A model generated the notes under the pieces. That model searched no databases, was not told the origin of the DNA, and was given only the letters and a program-made list of their open reading frames with translations. A DNA stretch of 64,000 bases from positions 12,364-76,363 of the forward strand of contig JBBQXQ010000002.1 in assembly GCA_038209515.1 (NCBI GenBank), given 5' to 3'. Positions 27,096 through 36,227 of the stretch are shown here, in pieces (position 1 is the first letter of the stretch; every line of letters starts with the position of its first letter). The DNA is from Gemmatimonadales bacterium (GTDB taxonomy: Bacteria > Gemmatimonadota > Gemmatimonadetes > Gemmatimonadales > GWC2-71-9). The position numbers were made by a program, and so were the translations under genes.

Positions 27096-27129
27096 CGCAC
27101 AGCGATCGGGTAGTTGCTGGAAAACAAGA

Positions 27130-27155
27130 AGACCCCCGGGCAGCCCCGAGGGTCT
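27130..27155. terminator. Hairpin between the convergent GT4 and paralog-B genes
   Basis: AGACCCcCGGG-cagc-CCCGaGGGTCT gives 10 paired positions with one mismatch. On the minus strand it is followed by CTTCTTGTTTTCC, so it is best placed as the terminator of 27173..28384. Confidence 0.55.
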
Positions 27156-27172
27156 CTTGCGGTCGAGATCGA

Positions 27173-28384
27173 CTACCAGATCGTTGCGGCAGCCAGGTTG
27201 GAGCACCGGGAGCTCCGCGTTTCGCACACCTTGAACACATACTTGCCAGCGTGCCCGGGGGAACTCACCGCCAGGCCGTCATTCCGGGGCGTTCTCCCGA
27301 GGACCCCGTTACGATAGAGATCGACCCGAGTGCCTGACGCCCCTGACCATTTGAGAAGGATCGACTGGACTCCATTATGAACCTGTCGCGTGGCAGTCAA
27401 GACGATTCCACTTATGCCGGGAAGAGAAATCGGAGCCGACGAACAGCTACGCCCAGGCATCGCGCCCGCCAGTTGAGACAGATGCGACATTGCGGTCTTG
27501 ATGTCGGACCGCGCCAGATAGGCTTGATCGTATTCCCAGCTGATGAAAGCGCAGGGATAGGTATTCGCCAGCAACTTGGAGCCCCATGATTCGATCTGAC
27601 TCGCGGTCAGCTTCGCCTGGTTGGGCCCACCCTGGAGAATGTTGAGTCCGATGACAAGGGCCAGTCCCTTGCTCTTGGCTAGGGACACGTTCTCCGTGAT
27701 GAACGCACCGACCTCGCCCTTCCGCTCGACGTATGCGGCCCAGGCCGCGTCGAGATAGCGGTAATCGCCGCTCCACTCCGCCAGATAGCTCGGGTAGGCC
27801 CGGACAATGGTCGGCATCTTGGGCCAAAGCTGCTTGCTGTACCCCGCCATCGCGTCCAGCATGGAACCCGAGATCGGATCGCCATTCCAGTTGGTTGGAT
27901 CGTTGGGCTCATCGACCAGGTAATGGCCGATGATGGTCCCGTCCTCGATGTAGGAAGCGAAGTTGAGGCCCTTGAACCGATCCACCGAGGCCTTCCACAG
28001 ACTAAAGCTGAAGTGGCCCGACCCATCCTTGTACCGGGACTGACCCCCAGCCAGGTTGAGCACGACCTTGCTACCCCTCGCCCTGATGGTCGCCAAGTCC
28101 GGCATGAGGTCCTCCGGGCCGATGATCCGCAGGACACCATTGTACACGCCTCCCAGGTCGCTATACGGGTGGCCCGTGGTGCCGAAGGGCATGCCGCCCC
28201 GGAAGCTGGTCGCGAGCATTGCGACGGGAGCGGCTACGGGCCCGGACATGGGCGTATTCGCGGCATCGCCCGACGGACTCGCGAGTCGGTCGGTATCACA
28301 CCCGCCGAAGACGAGTGCGAGAGCGGGAAGCAGGAGCGCTCGAAAACGGGCTGCCCGTCTGGCTAATTTGAACAAGTATGTCAT
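27173..28384 (-). CDS. Lipoprotein with the same unknown ~290 aa domain plus a C-terminal beta-sandwich-like domain (paralog B)
   Basis: Start re-picked at the ATG 28384..28382: MTYLFKLARRAARFRALLLPALALVFGGCDTD, compared with paralog A MTYTFKLARRLAISRHFAMLPVLLLFAGCTGGD. Shared motifs are DGTIIGHYLVDEPND, LNILQGG, AFISWEYD and AMPGRSC. The track ORF is over-extended to 28552. Confidence 0.8.
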   Translation of the reverse strand: MTYLFKLARRAARFRALLLPALALVFGGCDTDRLASPSGDAANTPMSGPVAAPVAMLATSFRGGMPFGTTGHPYSDLGGVYNGVLRIIGPEDLMPDLATIRARGSKVVLNLAGGQSRYKDGSGHFSFSLWKASVDRFKGLNFASYIEDGTIIGHYLVDEPNDPTNWNGDPISGSMLDAMAGYSKQLWPKMPTIVRAYPSYLAEWSGDYRYLDAAWAAYVERKGEVGAFITENVSLAKSKGLALVIGLNILQGGPNQAKLTASQIESWGSKLLANTYPCAFISWEYDQAYLARSDIKTAMSHLSQLAGAMPGRSCSSAPISLPGISGIVLTATRQVHNGVQSILLKWSGASGTRVDLYRNGVLGRTPRNDGLAVSSPGHAGKYVFKVCETRSSRCSNLAAATIW

Positions 28385-28635
28385 TCTGGGCTTCCTACAT
28401 AGCTGAGGGTGGACTACGGCTCGCGGCGGTTCGAGGGGCCGACGCCGGCGGGGCCGGAACGGCGGCTCGTCGCAATGTTGCTGACGCGAGGGATCTGGCG
28501 TTGGCCTCGACCCGGTGGAAGAGATTGCAGGTGCTGATACGAGGGGGGACATGGTCCCCCACGCTTGTCAAGTATCGGTCAGCGGTTCTGGAGCTTTAGG
28601 GGGGCCTAAGAGGGCCTAGCGGTGGGAGATACGCC

Positions 28636-29595
28636 TCAAATCTCCCAGTTCGACATCACGATCCCCTCGCCGGGGAAACGCTGAGGGAAGCCCTGGAGCA
28701 GCATCCGGAGATCAGTCCAGTGAACCCGATATCCGAGGTCGATGAGACGAAGGTACTGCTGGGTGAACTCGGTCTGGCAGCGGAGGGCGATCCGGCTCAC
28801 CCGTTCATTCACCGCGGAAAGCTGGAGCGCTTGCACCAGACGCTCGAAGGTGGCCGGGTTCGACGCCACCAATTTGAGGACCCGCAGCTCATCCTTGGGC
28901 CGTCCGGCGGCTAGTGGAGTCGAATGCCACAGCGCGAAACCGGAAAGGGTCCGGCCGTCCCGACACAGCGTGGTGTCTCCGATACCAAGCTCGCGGGTGA
29001 GCGCGAGCTCACGGGTGAAGTCCACACCCGGAAGGATGCGGCCGGTCAGCGCTCGGCACTCTTCCAGCCGCTGCTCAAAAGCCGTTCCGGACGACGAGAG
29101 CGTCTCGGCTGTTCCCGCCACGCGCCGGGGCACGTCATGCACCAGAGTGACGGTGAGATGGCCCGGCACCAATCCGATCCGGCTGTAAAACCCGATGTTG
29201 TCCACGGTCCTGGGCATCGTTTCCAAGCCAATGGTCGTGGCTCCCTGCCCCCGCAGCCACTCGATCCCGGTGCGCACCATGGCCGACCCGATACCTTCAC
29301 CTTGCCGGTCGGGGCGTACAGCGAGTGGCCCCATCCATCCTTCCGTGCCCGAGCGGTGAACCATGTTGAACCCGACCATCTGGCCATCGACGTCGCGCCA
29401 GACCATCGATCCGTCTCCGGCGTCCTCCAGCGCGTAGCGCCACACCAGGGCGTTGAGCTGGGGAACCCGCACGCCCACCAGCCCGTCCCGACTGTAGCGG
29501 TCGGTGAACGCGTCGGCGAAGACTCGATTCAGCGACTCGATGTCCCGCAGGGTCGGCCGGTCGGGGCCGCGGACGCTTCGATCAGGCCGCCACAT
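28636..29595 (-). CDS. GNAT-family N-acetyltransferase, two-domain
   Basis: LAVRPDRQGEGIGSAMVRTGIEWLRGQGATTIGLET is the acetyl-CoA-binding Q/RxxGxG/A motif. The start at 29595 overlaps the rad50/sbcC stop at 29582 by 14 nt. Confidence 0.85.
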   Translation of the reverse strand: MWRPDRSVRGPDRPTLRDIESLNRVFADAFTDRYSRDGLVGVRVPQLNALVWRYALEDAGDGSMVWRDVDGQMVGFNMVHRSGTEGWMGPLAVRPDRQGEGIGSAMVRTGIEWLRGQGATTIGLETMPRTVDNIGFYSRIGLVPGHLTVTLVHDVPRRVAGTAETLSSSGTAFEQRLEECRALTGRILPGVDFTRELALTRELGIGDTTLCRDGRTLSGFALWHSTPLAAGRPKDELRVLKLVASNPATFERLVQALQLSAVNERVSRIALRCQTEFTQQYLRLIDLGYRVHWTDLRMLLQGFPQRFPGEGIVMSNWEI

Positions 29596-31999
29596 CGCGA
29601 TCTCCCTGATCGTCTCGTGCGGTGGCCACCCCAGTGGCTAGATCGAAGCCGACTCGCACGACGTGGTCGACGCCGTCATTTACTGATTCAATGTGGGTGA
29701 CGAGGATGACCTGCGAGAAGCGGTCGGCCAGGCTGCGGAGCAGGTCTATGACGGCGCTGCGGCGGTCCTCATCGAGCGAGCCAAAGATCTCGTCGAGGAT
29801 GAGCAAGGACAGCGGCTGCCCCGCCAGCTCGGCGATCATCTGACTGATCGCCAACCGGAAAGCCAGGTTAGCTACGTCCTCCTCGCCGCCCGAGATGACC
29901 GTCTGCGGGTCACCATCATCCAGTACTGAAATTGAATAGTCCTCGTCGAGCTCGAGCTCCACATAGCGCCCACGGGTGAGGTCGCTAAGGAAACCGGATG
30001 CGAGGTCGGAGAGGTCGGGACGCAGGCTCGAATTGAGATCGTCGCGCAGATCGGTAAGCGCGCGGTCCAGCTCTTGGTGCAGCGCAAGCTCGCCGGCGGT
30101 CTCGGTGGCCGACCGCTCCCGTTGGTCCCGCTCAGCCTGGCGCCGAACCACTGCCTCCACTGCCTCGCCGGCGGCGCTCCGTTCGGCCTTCGCCCGCACC
30201 AGAGCCAGCTCAGCCTCACGGCGCGCCCGCTCCGCCGCCTGCTCGGCATCCCGAAAGTCCTTGAACGTCGACTCGCTGTATTCGAGGCCCGCCAAGCGGG
30301 TCCTCAGGTCGGCGATGGCCCCGGCGATCTCGGCGGCGACCGCGCGCGCGGTTTCGAGCTCGACGGCGACCGCCTCGCTTCGTTCCGCCACGACCCGAAA
30401 GCGCTCTGCCTGCAAGGAGAGCGGCTCGAGAGCCCGAGTCTCGCGAACGACCGCCTCATGCCGGGCCTGGTCGTAGGAGTCAGCCAGCCCCGCAAGAGCC
30501 CCTTCCACCTCGCCGATGCGGAGCAGCAGCCGCTTTTCCTCCTCCCGCAGGGGACCGGCCTCATGGGCCTGGGCATGGAGTCGACCCTGCTGCGCGGTGG
30601 CTTCGGAGAGCTCGCGTTCCAGCGCGACCTTCTGCGCATCGATGTCGGCCAGCGTCGCCGGCTCCTGCTGCAGCTGGTCGATCCGCTGCTTGTAATAATT
30701 GCCGTTGGAGCGCACCTCCTCGACCTGGCGGTCAAGCAGCTCGAGCACCTTGGCGTACTCAACGCCGAGAGGGCGGGCACAGGTGGGGCACACTCCATCG
30801 GCGCCCGCCTGCACGATGCGCTGGCGCTGCTCCTTCAGCTCCTGGTAGTGATCGAGGAGACCTTGCCGCTTGGTCTTGGCATCCTGGGCATCGCGGACCC
30901 AGACGGTTCGCTGCTCTTCCGACTCGAGACTGGCGGCCGTAAGCGAAGCGCGGGAAGCGTTGACCCGCTCGAGCGCTTGGTCGAGAAGCTGCTTGGAGGG
31001 TACCCGGGAGATCCGTTCCTGGATGGAGGCGAGATGCGCCTTCACTTCGTCGAGCTGGGCCTGGTAGCTCTTGCGGGCGGCAAACGCCTCGGCCTGGCGC
31101 TCCAGCGCCTGCGCCTCTTCCCGAAGCGCGGGCAGCGGCGTGAGACGCCGGCGGACCTCATCCAACTTCTGCCGCGCCGTAGCCGCCTCTGCCGCCTCAT
31201 GCTCGAGCCGTGCCACGCGCTCGGATGTCGCTACGGCCTTCTGGTCAGCGAGCTTGATCTCCGCCTCGAGGGCCATCGCCGCTTCGCGCAGATGCTGCAG
31301 CTTCTCCCACTGGGGGCGGATGGTAGCCAGGCGCTGCTCCGCGGCTTCGCTGGCGGTGGCGGCAGCCGTCTCTGCCCTTCGGGCGGCCTCCAGGCGGTCG
31401 TCGGCCTGCTTCCTAGCGGCCTCCAACTCCGCACCGTCAGGCAGCCCCGCCCGCAGTCCTTCGAGCCGGGCGCGCAGTGTCGATCGCCTTTCCTTCAATC
31501 GCTCCTGCCCGATGCGGAGCCGTTCGTAGCCGAGGACCTGGGAGAGAAACTGGGCCCGCTCGGGCGCGCTCATGGCCGCCATCACGGCGAGCTGCTTCTG
31601 CCCGGTGAAGTAGGTGTTGAAGAACTGCTCGCGGGTCATGCCCAGCAGCCGGGTTACCCGCTCGGTGACAGCGCCGATGCTGTTGGCGATGGCCGCTGGA
31701 TCTCCATCCTGGTAGAGCTCGGCACTGTTGAGGGAACGCACGATGCGATACTGGTGGGCGCCGAGGGTGAAGTCGACCTCCACCGCCACTCTGGCCTTGG
31801 GCGGCGCACCGCGACGTCGAAGGGTCTCCCGACTTCCGCGGGCCGCAGGCATGCCGTACATAGCCCAGGCGATGGCCTCGAGGAGCGTGGTCTTGCCTGC
31901 ACCGTTGGGCCCGATGATCCCTGTGACACCAGGGCCGAACTCGATCTCGGTATCCTCGTGCTGACGGAAATTCACCAGACGTAGCCGGTTTATTTGCAT
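29582..31999 (-). CDS. sbcC: Rad50/SbcC-family SMC-like ATPase
   Basis: MQINRLRLVNFRQHEDTEIEFGPGVTGIIGPNGAGKTTLLEAI (Walker A). Long coiled coil with a central zinc hook GVCPTCARPL. Signature SGGEEDVANLAFRLAIS. Walker B LSLLILDEIFGSLD. Confidence 0.9.
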   Translation of the reverse strand: MQINRLRLVNFRQHEDTEIEFGPGVTGIIGPNGAGKTTLLEAIAWAMYGMPAARGSRETLRRRGAPPKARVAVEVDFTLGAHQYRIVRSLNSAELYQDGDPAAIANSIGAVTERVTRLLGMTREQFFNTYFTGQKQLAVMAAMSAPERAQFLSQVLGYERLRIGQERLKERRSTLRARLEGLRAGLPDGAELEAARKQADDRLEAARRAETAAATASEAAEQRLATIRPQWEKLQHLREAAMALEAEIKLADQKAVATSERVARLEHEAAEAATARQKLDEVRRRLTPLPALREEAQALERQAEAFAARKSYQAQLDEVKAHLASIQERISRVPSKQLLDQALERVNASRASLTAASLESEEQRTVWVRDAQDAKTKRQGLLDHYQELKEQRQRIVQAGADGVCPTCARPLGVEYAKVLELLDRQVEEVRSNGNYYKQRIDQLQQEPATLADIDAQKVALERELSEATAQQGRLHAQAHEAGPLREEEKRLLLRIGEVEGALAGLADSYDQARHEAVVRETRALEPLSLQAERFRVVAERSEAVAVELETARAVAAEIAGAIADLRTRLAGLEYSESTFKDFRDAEQAAERARREAELALVRAKAERSAAGEAVEAVVRRQAERDQRERSATETAGELALHQELDRALTDLRDDLNSSLRPDLSDLASGFLSDLTRGRYVELELDEDYSISVLDDGDPQTVISGGEEDVANLAFRLAISQMIAELAGQPLSLLILDEIFGSLDEDRRSAVIDLLRSLADRFSQVILVTHIESVNDGVDHVVRVGFDLATGVATARDDQGDRDVAA

Positions 32000-33177
32000 C
32001 AGCCCCCCATCAGATCGCGCTCGACGCTATCCATCAGCTCACGCCCCAGCCGCACGAACGCCGCCCGATCCAGTTCGGCCGGAAGGGGCCGGCCTTCGAG
32101 ATAGCTAGTTACCAGCTCGGGCAGGGTCAGCCGTCGCCCTGGAGAACCTACGCCGATAATCCGATGAGTCTCTGGACGGCGAAGATCGAGGTGGAAATGC
32201 AGGGCGTCAGTCTTGAAGCTTCGAACCGCGGCGTGGTTCAGCTCGCGCGCCACATACCGTGGAATATCGAACACCCGCAGCCGTACGATCTGCCCGGAAA
32301 TGCCATCAGGAATGGAGGTGACCCGCTCGGCAATCAAAGCGTCCACCGCCTCCGCGGACTTGCCCTCCGCCCTGACCGGCTCCAGATCGAGCACCGCGCG
32401 AGCCGCTGGTACCGGATGGCGCTGGGCCTGCTTGGTCTTCAGATCGACGAGGAGCCAACCCTTTCCGTGGGAGCCGTGGTCGGCCTCGTCGGACGCCTCG
32501 CCCCAGACGTTGGGTCCGATGAAGTCGAGGGAGCCGGCATACCAGGCATTCTTGGCCACCTGGTGTTGGGTGTGGTAATGGCCCAGGGCGACGTAGGTCC
32601 AATCCTCCAAGTGCAATTCCCGGCGACTAATGACCGCGCCACCGTACTCGGTGGCGACGTGGCCGAGCGGGTACTCTCCCGCGACCTCGGAATGTGCCAC
32701 CAGCACCTGATGTTTTTGAGGCCCTTCAGGCTGTAGAGCGGGAGGATCAGCGGCCACGAGTGCCTGTTGAGGCACGGCAAAGATGCTGAGGTCGAGCTCA
32801 GGGTAGACCAGCCGGCGGGGCTCGTCCGCAGCCACGTCGACACCCAGCTCCTCGAATAACCGGAGAATCGAACCGGTCTCTATCGTGCGAGGGGTGTCGT
32901 GGTTCCCGGCGATGAGGACGACGGGGGTGTCTGGGAGGGCTTCGCGGAGTCGCTGGAGCTGCCTGAAGGCAAAGACGATCGCGGAATTGCTGGGCCGGAC
33001 GGAATGAAAGAGATCGCCCGCGAAGACGACCACTTCGGGTCGGGCGGCGATGACGCCGTCAATAGCGGTGCGAAAGGCCTGGGCAATGTCGGCTTCCCGC
33101 TGATTGATGCCTGCCGAGGTTTGCCGATGGTACTGCCGGATGCCCAGGTGGGGGTCCGCGATGTGGGCAAGTTTCAC
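31999..33177 (-). CDS. sbcD: Mre11/SbcD-family nuclease
   Basis: Calcineurin-like phosphoesterase motifs HIADPHLG, AGDLFHS, IAGNHD, VAHSEV and GHYH. 1-nt overlap with the downstream rad50/sbcC start. Confidence 0.9.
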   Translation of the reverse strand: MKLAHIADPHLGIRQYHRQTSAGINQREADIAQAFRTAIDGVIAARPEVVVFAGDLFHSVRPSNSAIVFAFRQLQRLREALPDTPVVLIAGNHDTPRTIETGSILRLFEELGVDVAADEPRRLVYPELDLSIFAVPQQALVAADPPALQPEGPQKHQVLVAHSEVAGEYPLGHVATEYGGAVISRRELHLEDWTYVALGHYHTQHQVAKNAWYAGSLDFIGPNVWGEASDEADHGSHGKGWLLVDLKTKQAQRHPVPAARAVLDLEPVRAEGKSAEAVDALIAERVTSIPDGISGQIVRLRVFDIPRYVARELNHAAVRSFKTDALHFHLDLRRPETHRIIGVGSPGRRLTLPELVTSYLEGRPLPAELDRAAFVRLGRELMDSVERDLMGG

Positions 33178-33236
33178 GGGTGGAGAATGGGTCCAAAAGC
33201 GGTAAAGAGCAAGCAGTTAACGCACGGCCGGCGGGG

Positions 33237-35180
33237 CTACCCACCGTATGAATCGTCGGCGCGCTTGAGAGCGGGAATCCCCCGTCGGGCTGTCACGACC
33301 TCTGCGTTGACCCGACGGCCGAGACATGCGGTAAAGAAGGCGTATGCGTCTGCCGGACGCTCGCGGCGGGTAGCGGACAGGGCCCGGCGCACATCCTCCT
33401 CCCGTCGTCCGTCGATCAGCGAGCGAACGGCCTCCGATGAGACACGTCGGTCGAGCCTTCGCATCTGACGCACCACCGCGTCCTCGAAGGAGAGCTCTCC
33501 GGCGGGAGGAAAACGTTCGATGCCCTCCCGGCTGTTGAGCACCGCGGGCCGGGGGAACTTGACGAAGATCGGCTGGGTGAAGTGGGGGTGGCGGAGCATC
33601 AGCTCACCCTTGGGCAATGTGGCCAGCTTGATCTTGGTCGCCGGCGATTGCGTGCCATACCCGGGCGTGGCGAGCTCGTCGGAATCCATCCGGCCGTAGA
33701 TCGCGGTGCCGGCATTCCCCACTACCCTGCGCTGGACCTGGGAGCGGAATTGCTGGGCTGAGAAGAGCACGAGGCCCAGGTAACGTCCACGCTCGGAGAG
33801 ATCGATGAGCATCTTTCTCACGTACGTGTCGGGCCCGTCGGCGGGCGCATACTTGTTCAGCTCATCCACGAACACGACGACATGGTCCACGCCGAGGTCT
33901 CGCCGCTCGAGATGTTCCCTGAGCTTCGAAACCACCCGCGCAAAGACCAGATCCTGAGCGAGCGGATCGAGACCCGCCACGTCGATGACATGCACGCTGC
34001 GATCCTCGAAGCGCCCCCAAGGCAGATCACTGGCTATGCCGTCATCGGTTACGAGGCCCTTGGAGCGAGTGCTGATATTGCTGAGCCGGTTCCGCACTTT
34101 CCGGATCGTGGCCACATGGTGCGTCTTCCACACTTCCCCACCCTTCCCCAGCAGCTCCATGAAATCAAAGATGGCGCGGAAGAACTCCTCCAGGTCGGCG
34201 AAGCTCTGTACCAGGAAGGGCTTTCGTCGCAGCATCTCGTCCTGATACTCGCGGCCCACGACTCGCTCCGCCAGGAAATCAATGAAGGCATCGGCCTTGG
34301 CATCGATGTCGTCCCGGTTCAGCACGACCTCCGCGTAGTCCAGAACTTCACGCAAGCCCCACACGAGCGGCTCGGTGTTTCCCGAGAGCGCCTCATGGGT
34401 CCGTAGCGTATTCAGGTTCACTCCATCGGGTTTCAGCGGGGCATAGTAGCGAACATTGGCGAAGGGCTCCGGTTGAAGACCCAGGCGGGCGTACTGCCGC
34501 AGATCCTCCTCCCCCAGCGTCCCGGGCTGGTCGAGGAAGCAGAGATCAGGCCCCTTTACGTTGAAGCAGAGGGCCGCGACGGTTCCCTTGTGCGAGGGGA
34601 AGGTCTGAAAGATGCTGCCCAGAAGGAACTCGACCGCGCTGGTCTTGGTAGCGAGACCGGACACCCCGGTAATGTTGAGGTGGGCCGCCTCGGGACCCAG
34701 CAAGAAGTCGCAGTCCAGATACACCGGGCAGTCGAAGCCCCCGGCGGCATAGAGTCCGACCGGGATGCCGGTGGGACGGTCTCCGGTTGTAAACCCATCC
34801 ATGCGGAGCGCCTGCACGACATCGCTGTCCGATGCAAGCCAGACCGCTCCGAGCGGGACGGGCTGGAGCGGTTCCTCCGGGATCTGCCGGAGCACGGCGG
34901 CGGTGAAGAGCCGGATCTCGGCCCGTGCCGTCGGCTCGGCGCCGGCAGCAACCGGATCACCGTCGGCGCCGATCACCGCGTGCATGGGCGTCATTAAATC
35001 GGAATACGCGAACCCGTCCGTCACCACCCCGAAGACGACCCGTTCGTTTTCCTGCACGCGAACGATCGCCCCGATGCCGATGGGCGTTTCGCGGGCGGTC
35101 CAGAAGTGGAACTGGTGTGGAGTGGAGGGCTTCAGCTCGGTGGCCACGACGCGGCCGACCGGGAGAGTTTCTGGGGGCAT
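33237..35180 (-). CDS. herA: HerA-like (FtsK/HerA superfamily, DUF87-type) ATPase
   Basis: N-terminal barrel-like segment VGRVVATELKPSTPHQFHFWTARETPIGIGAIVRV...VVFGVVTD. P-loop region NITGVSGLATKTSAVEF. Walker B HVVVFVDELNKYAP. Sits between the NurA-like and Mre11-like genes. Confidence 0.8.
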   Translation of the reverse strand: MPPETLPVGRVVATELKPSTPHQFHFWTARETPIGIGAIVRVQENERVVFGVVTDGFAYSDLMTPMHAVIGADGDPVAAGAEPTARAEIRLFTAAVLRQIPEEPLQPVPLGAVWLASDSDVVQALRMDGFTTGDRPTGIPVGLYAAGGFDCPVYLDCDFLLGPEAAHLNITGVSGLATKTSAVEFLLGSIFQTFPSHKGTVAALCFNVKGPDLCFLDQPGTLGEEDLRQYARLGLQPEPFANVRYYAPLKPDGVNLNTLRTHEALSGNTEPLVWGLREVLDYAEVVLNRDDIDAKADAFIDFLAERVVGREYQDEMLRRKPFLVQSFADLEEFFRAIFDFMELLGKGGEVWKTHHVATIRKVRNRLSNISTRSKGLVTDDGIASDLPWGRFEDRSVHVIDVAGLDPLAQDLVFARVVSKLREHLERRDLGVDHVVVFVDELNKYAPADGPDTYVRKMLIDLSERGRYLGLVLFSAQQFRSQVQRRVVGNAGTAIYGRMDSDELATPGYGTQSPATKIKLATLPKGELMLRHPHFTQPIFVKFPRPAVLNSREGIERFPPAGELSFEDAVVRQMRRLDRRVSSEAVRSLIDGRREEDVRRALSATRRERPADAYAFFTACLGRRVNAEVVTARRGIPALKRADDSYGG

Positions 35181-35223
35181 GGATGGAACGTAGTGGGAGA
35201 AGCGTGAGCGGGAAAGGAAAAAC

Positions 35224-36147
35224 TTACGCTTTGGCTTTGAGATACTGCTCTACACTGTGGATCCCGTAGAGCAGCCGGTCCCATCGGTGATCGGGTGCGC
35301 TGACCGGCGACCGCTCGGCCAGGATCCAGCGGGAAATCGCATCCACGTTCTTGATAGCCTCGTTGGCCGGCGCGACCTCGACCCGGACCAACCCGTGAAG
35401 CAGGTCCTTTCCTTCCCAGGGCCAGAGACGAAGCCCCCACGCGCGAACCGGCGCCAGACTCCTCGTCGCGGGTGTATACACCGAGGATCGGTGGGCAGCT
35501 GGGAGCCGCAGGTAGCGTTCGAGATCGTCGCCTTCGAACGGCAGGATCGAGTGGCTCTTCGAGATACCCACTAGCCGCGGATCCTCTGCCCAGCGTGGGC
35601 TCTCCGCCAGCGAGCCGTCTACGATGAGCCAGCCGTCGGAACGGGCCCGGTAGGCATCGCCGACCGCGAGCTCGAGTGCTCCTCGTTCGCGGTCGAGGGC
35701 TCGCGCCGCGTTAAGCAGATCACGCACGGGATGCGGGGCGTCGTCATCCGGCAGCGGGACCGGCTCACGATCGCGGAGCGCCTCCCCGGCGGCCGCGAGC
35801 GCCGAGGGGCGGGCCAGAACTAGGAGACGGCTCTTCTGCGTGGCGGTGTGCAAGCGGCGATCGCGCCGCTCGCGAACGGCGGCGGCGATCTCGGCAGCGA
35901 GGATTGGTGAGGACCCATGGTAGCCCACCACCTCGGACCGCTGAATTCCATCCAGGTACGCGAGCGGCCCAGGCCATGGCTCGGCACTGCCCACCGGAAT
36001 GGCCTCGAGCCGGGTACCCTCCAGCAGGCGAGCCGGCTTAATGCTGGCCTCTTCAAGCCTGCCTCCACTCGCTTCAGGAACAAAGGAGGCTGGTGTCAGC
36101 CCTTTCCGGGCCAAAGCCCGCCGAAGCGGTTCGAGGTTCCGGCTCAT
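35224..36147 (-). CDS. nurA: NurA-like nuclease
   Basis: 307 aa. LAYLDGIQRSEVVG and DGWLIVDGSLAESP resemble the catalytic Asp motifs of the NurA domain. Its position directly upstream of herA supports the call. Confidence 0.65.
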   Translation of the reverse strand: MSRNLEPLRRALARKGLTPASFVPEASGGRLEEASIKPARLLEGTRLEAIPVGSAEPWPGPLAYLDGIQRSEVVGYHGSSPILAAEIAAAVRERRDRRLHTATQKSRLLVLARPSALAAAGEALRDREPVPLPDDDAPHPVRDLLNAARALDRERGALELAVGDAYRARSDGWLIVDGSLAESPRWAEDPRLVGISKSHSILPFEGDDLERYLRLPAAHRSSVYTPATRSLAPVRAWGLRLWPWEGKDLLHGLVRVEVAPANEAIKNVDAISRWILAERSPVSAPDHRWDRLLYGIHSVEQYLKAKA

Positions 36148-36227
36148 GTTAATCGGCTAGGTTTAGGGGGCTCGCGGGACACGCATACCGGCCGTATTAC
36201 AGGTCACAACCTAGCGGCGCAGGATCG

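Noticed and set aside
28544-28646. Two short hairpins, GGGGGAC-atg-GTCCCCC (28544..28560) and GGGAGAT-N9-ATCTCCC (28624..28646, spanning the GNAT stop), considered as terminators of the DNA-repair operon.
   Set aside because: Neither is followed by a T-run on the minus strand, and the stems are only 7 bp. Function is not supportable from sequence alone.
30074-31984. A 636-aa plus-strand ORF, the longest unexplained ORF in the track.
   Set aside because: It is exactly antisense to the Rad50/SbcC coiled-coil region. The repetitive Glu/Ala/Leu/Arg codons of the coiled coil give an open Leu/Gly/Arg/Pro-rich antisense frame. It has no motifs and no independent start context.
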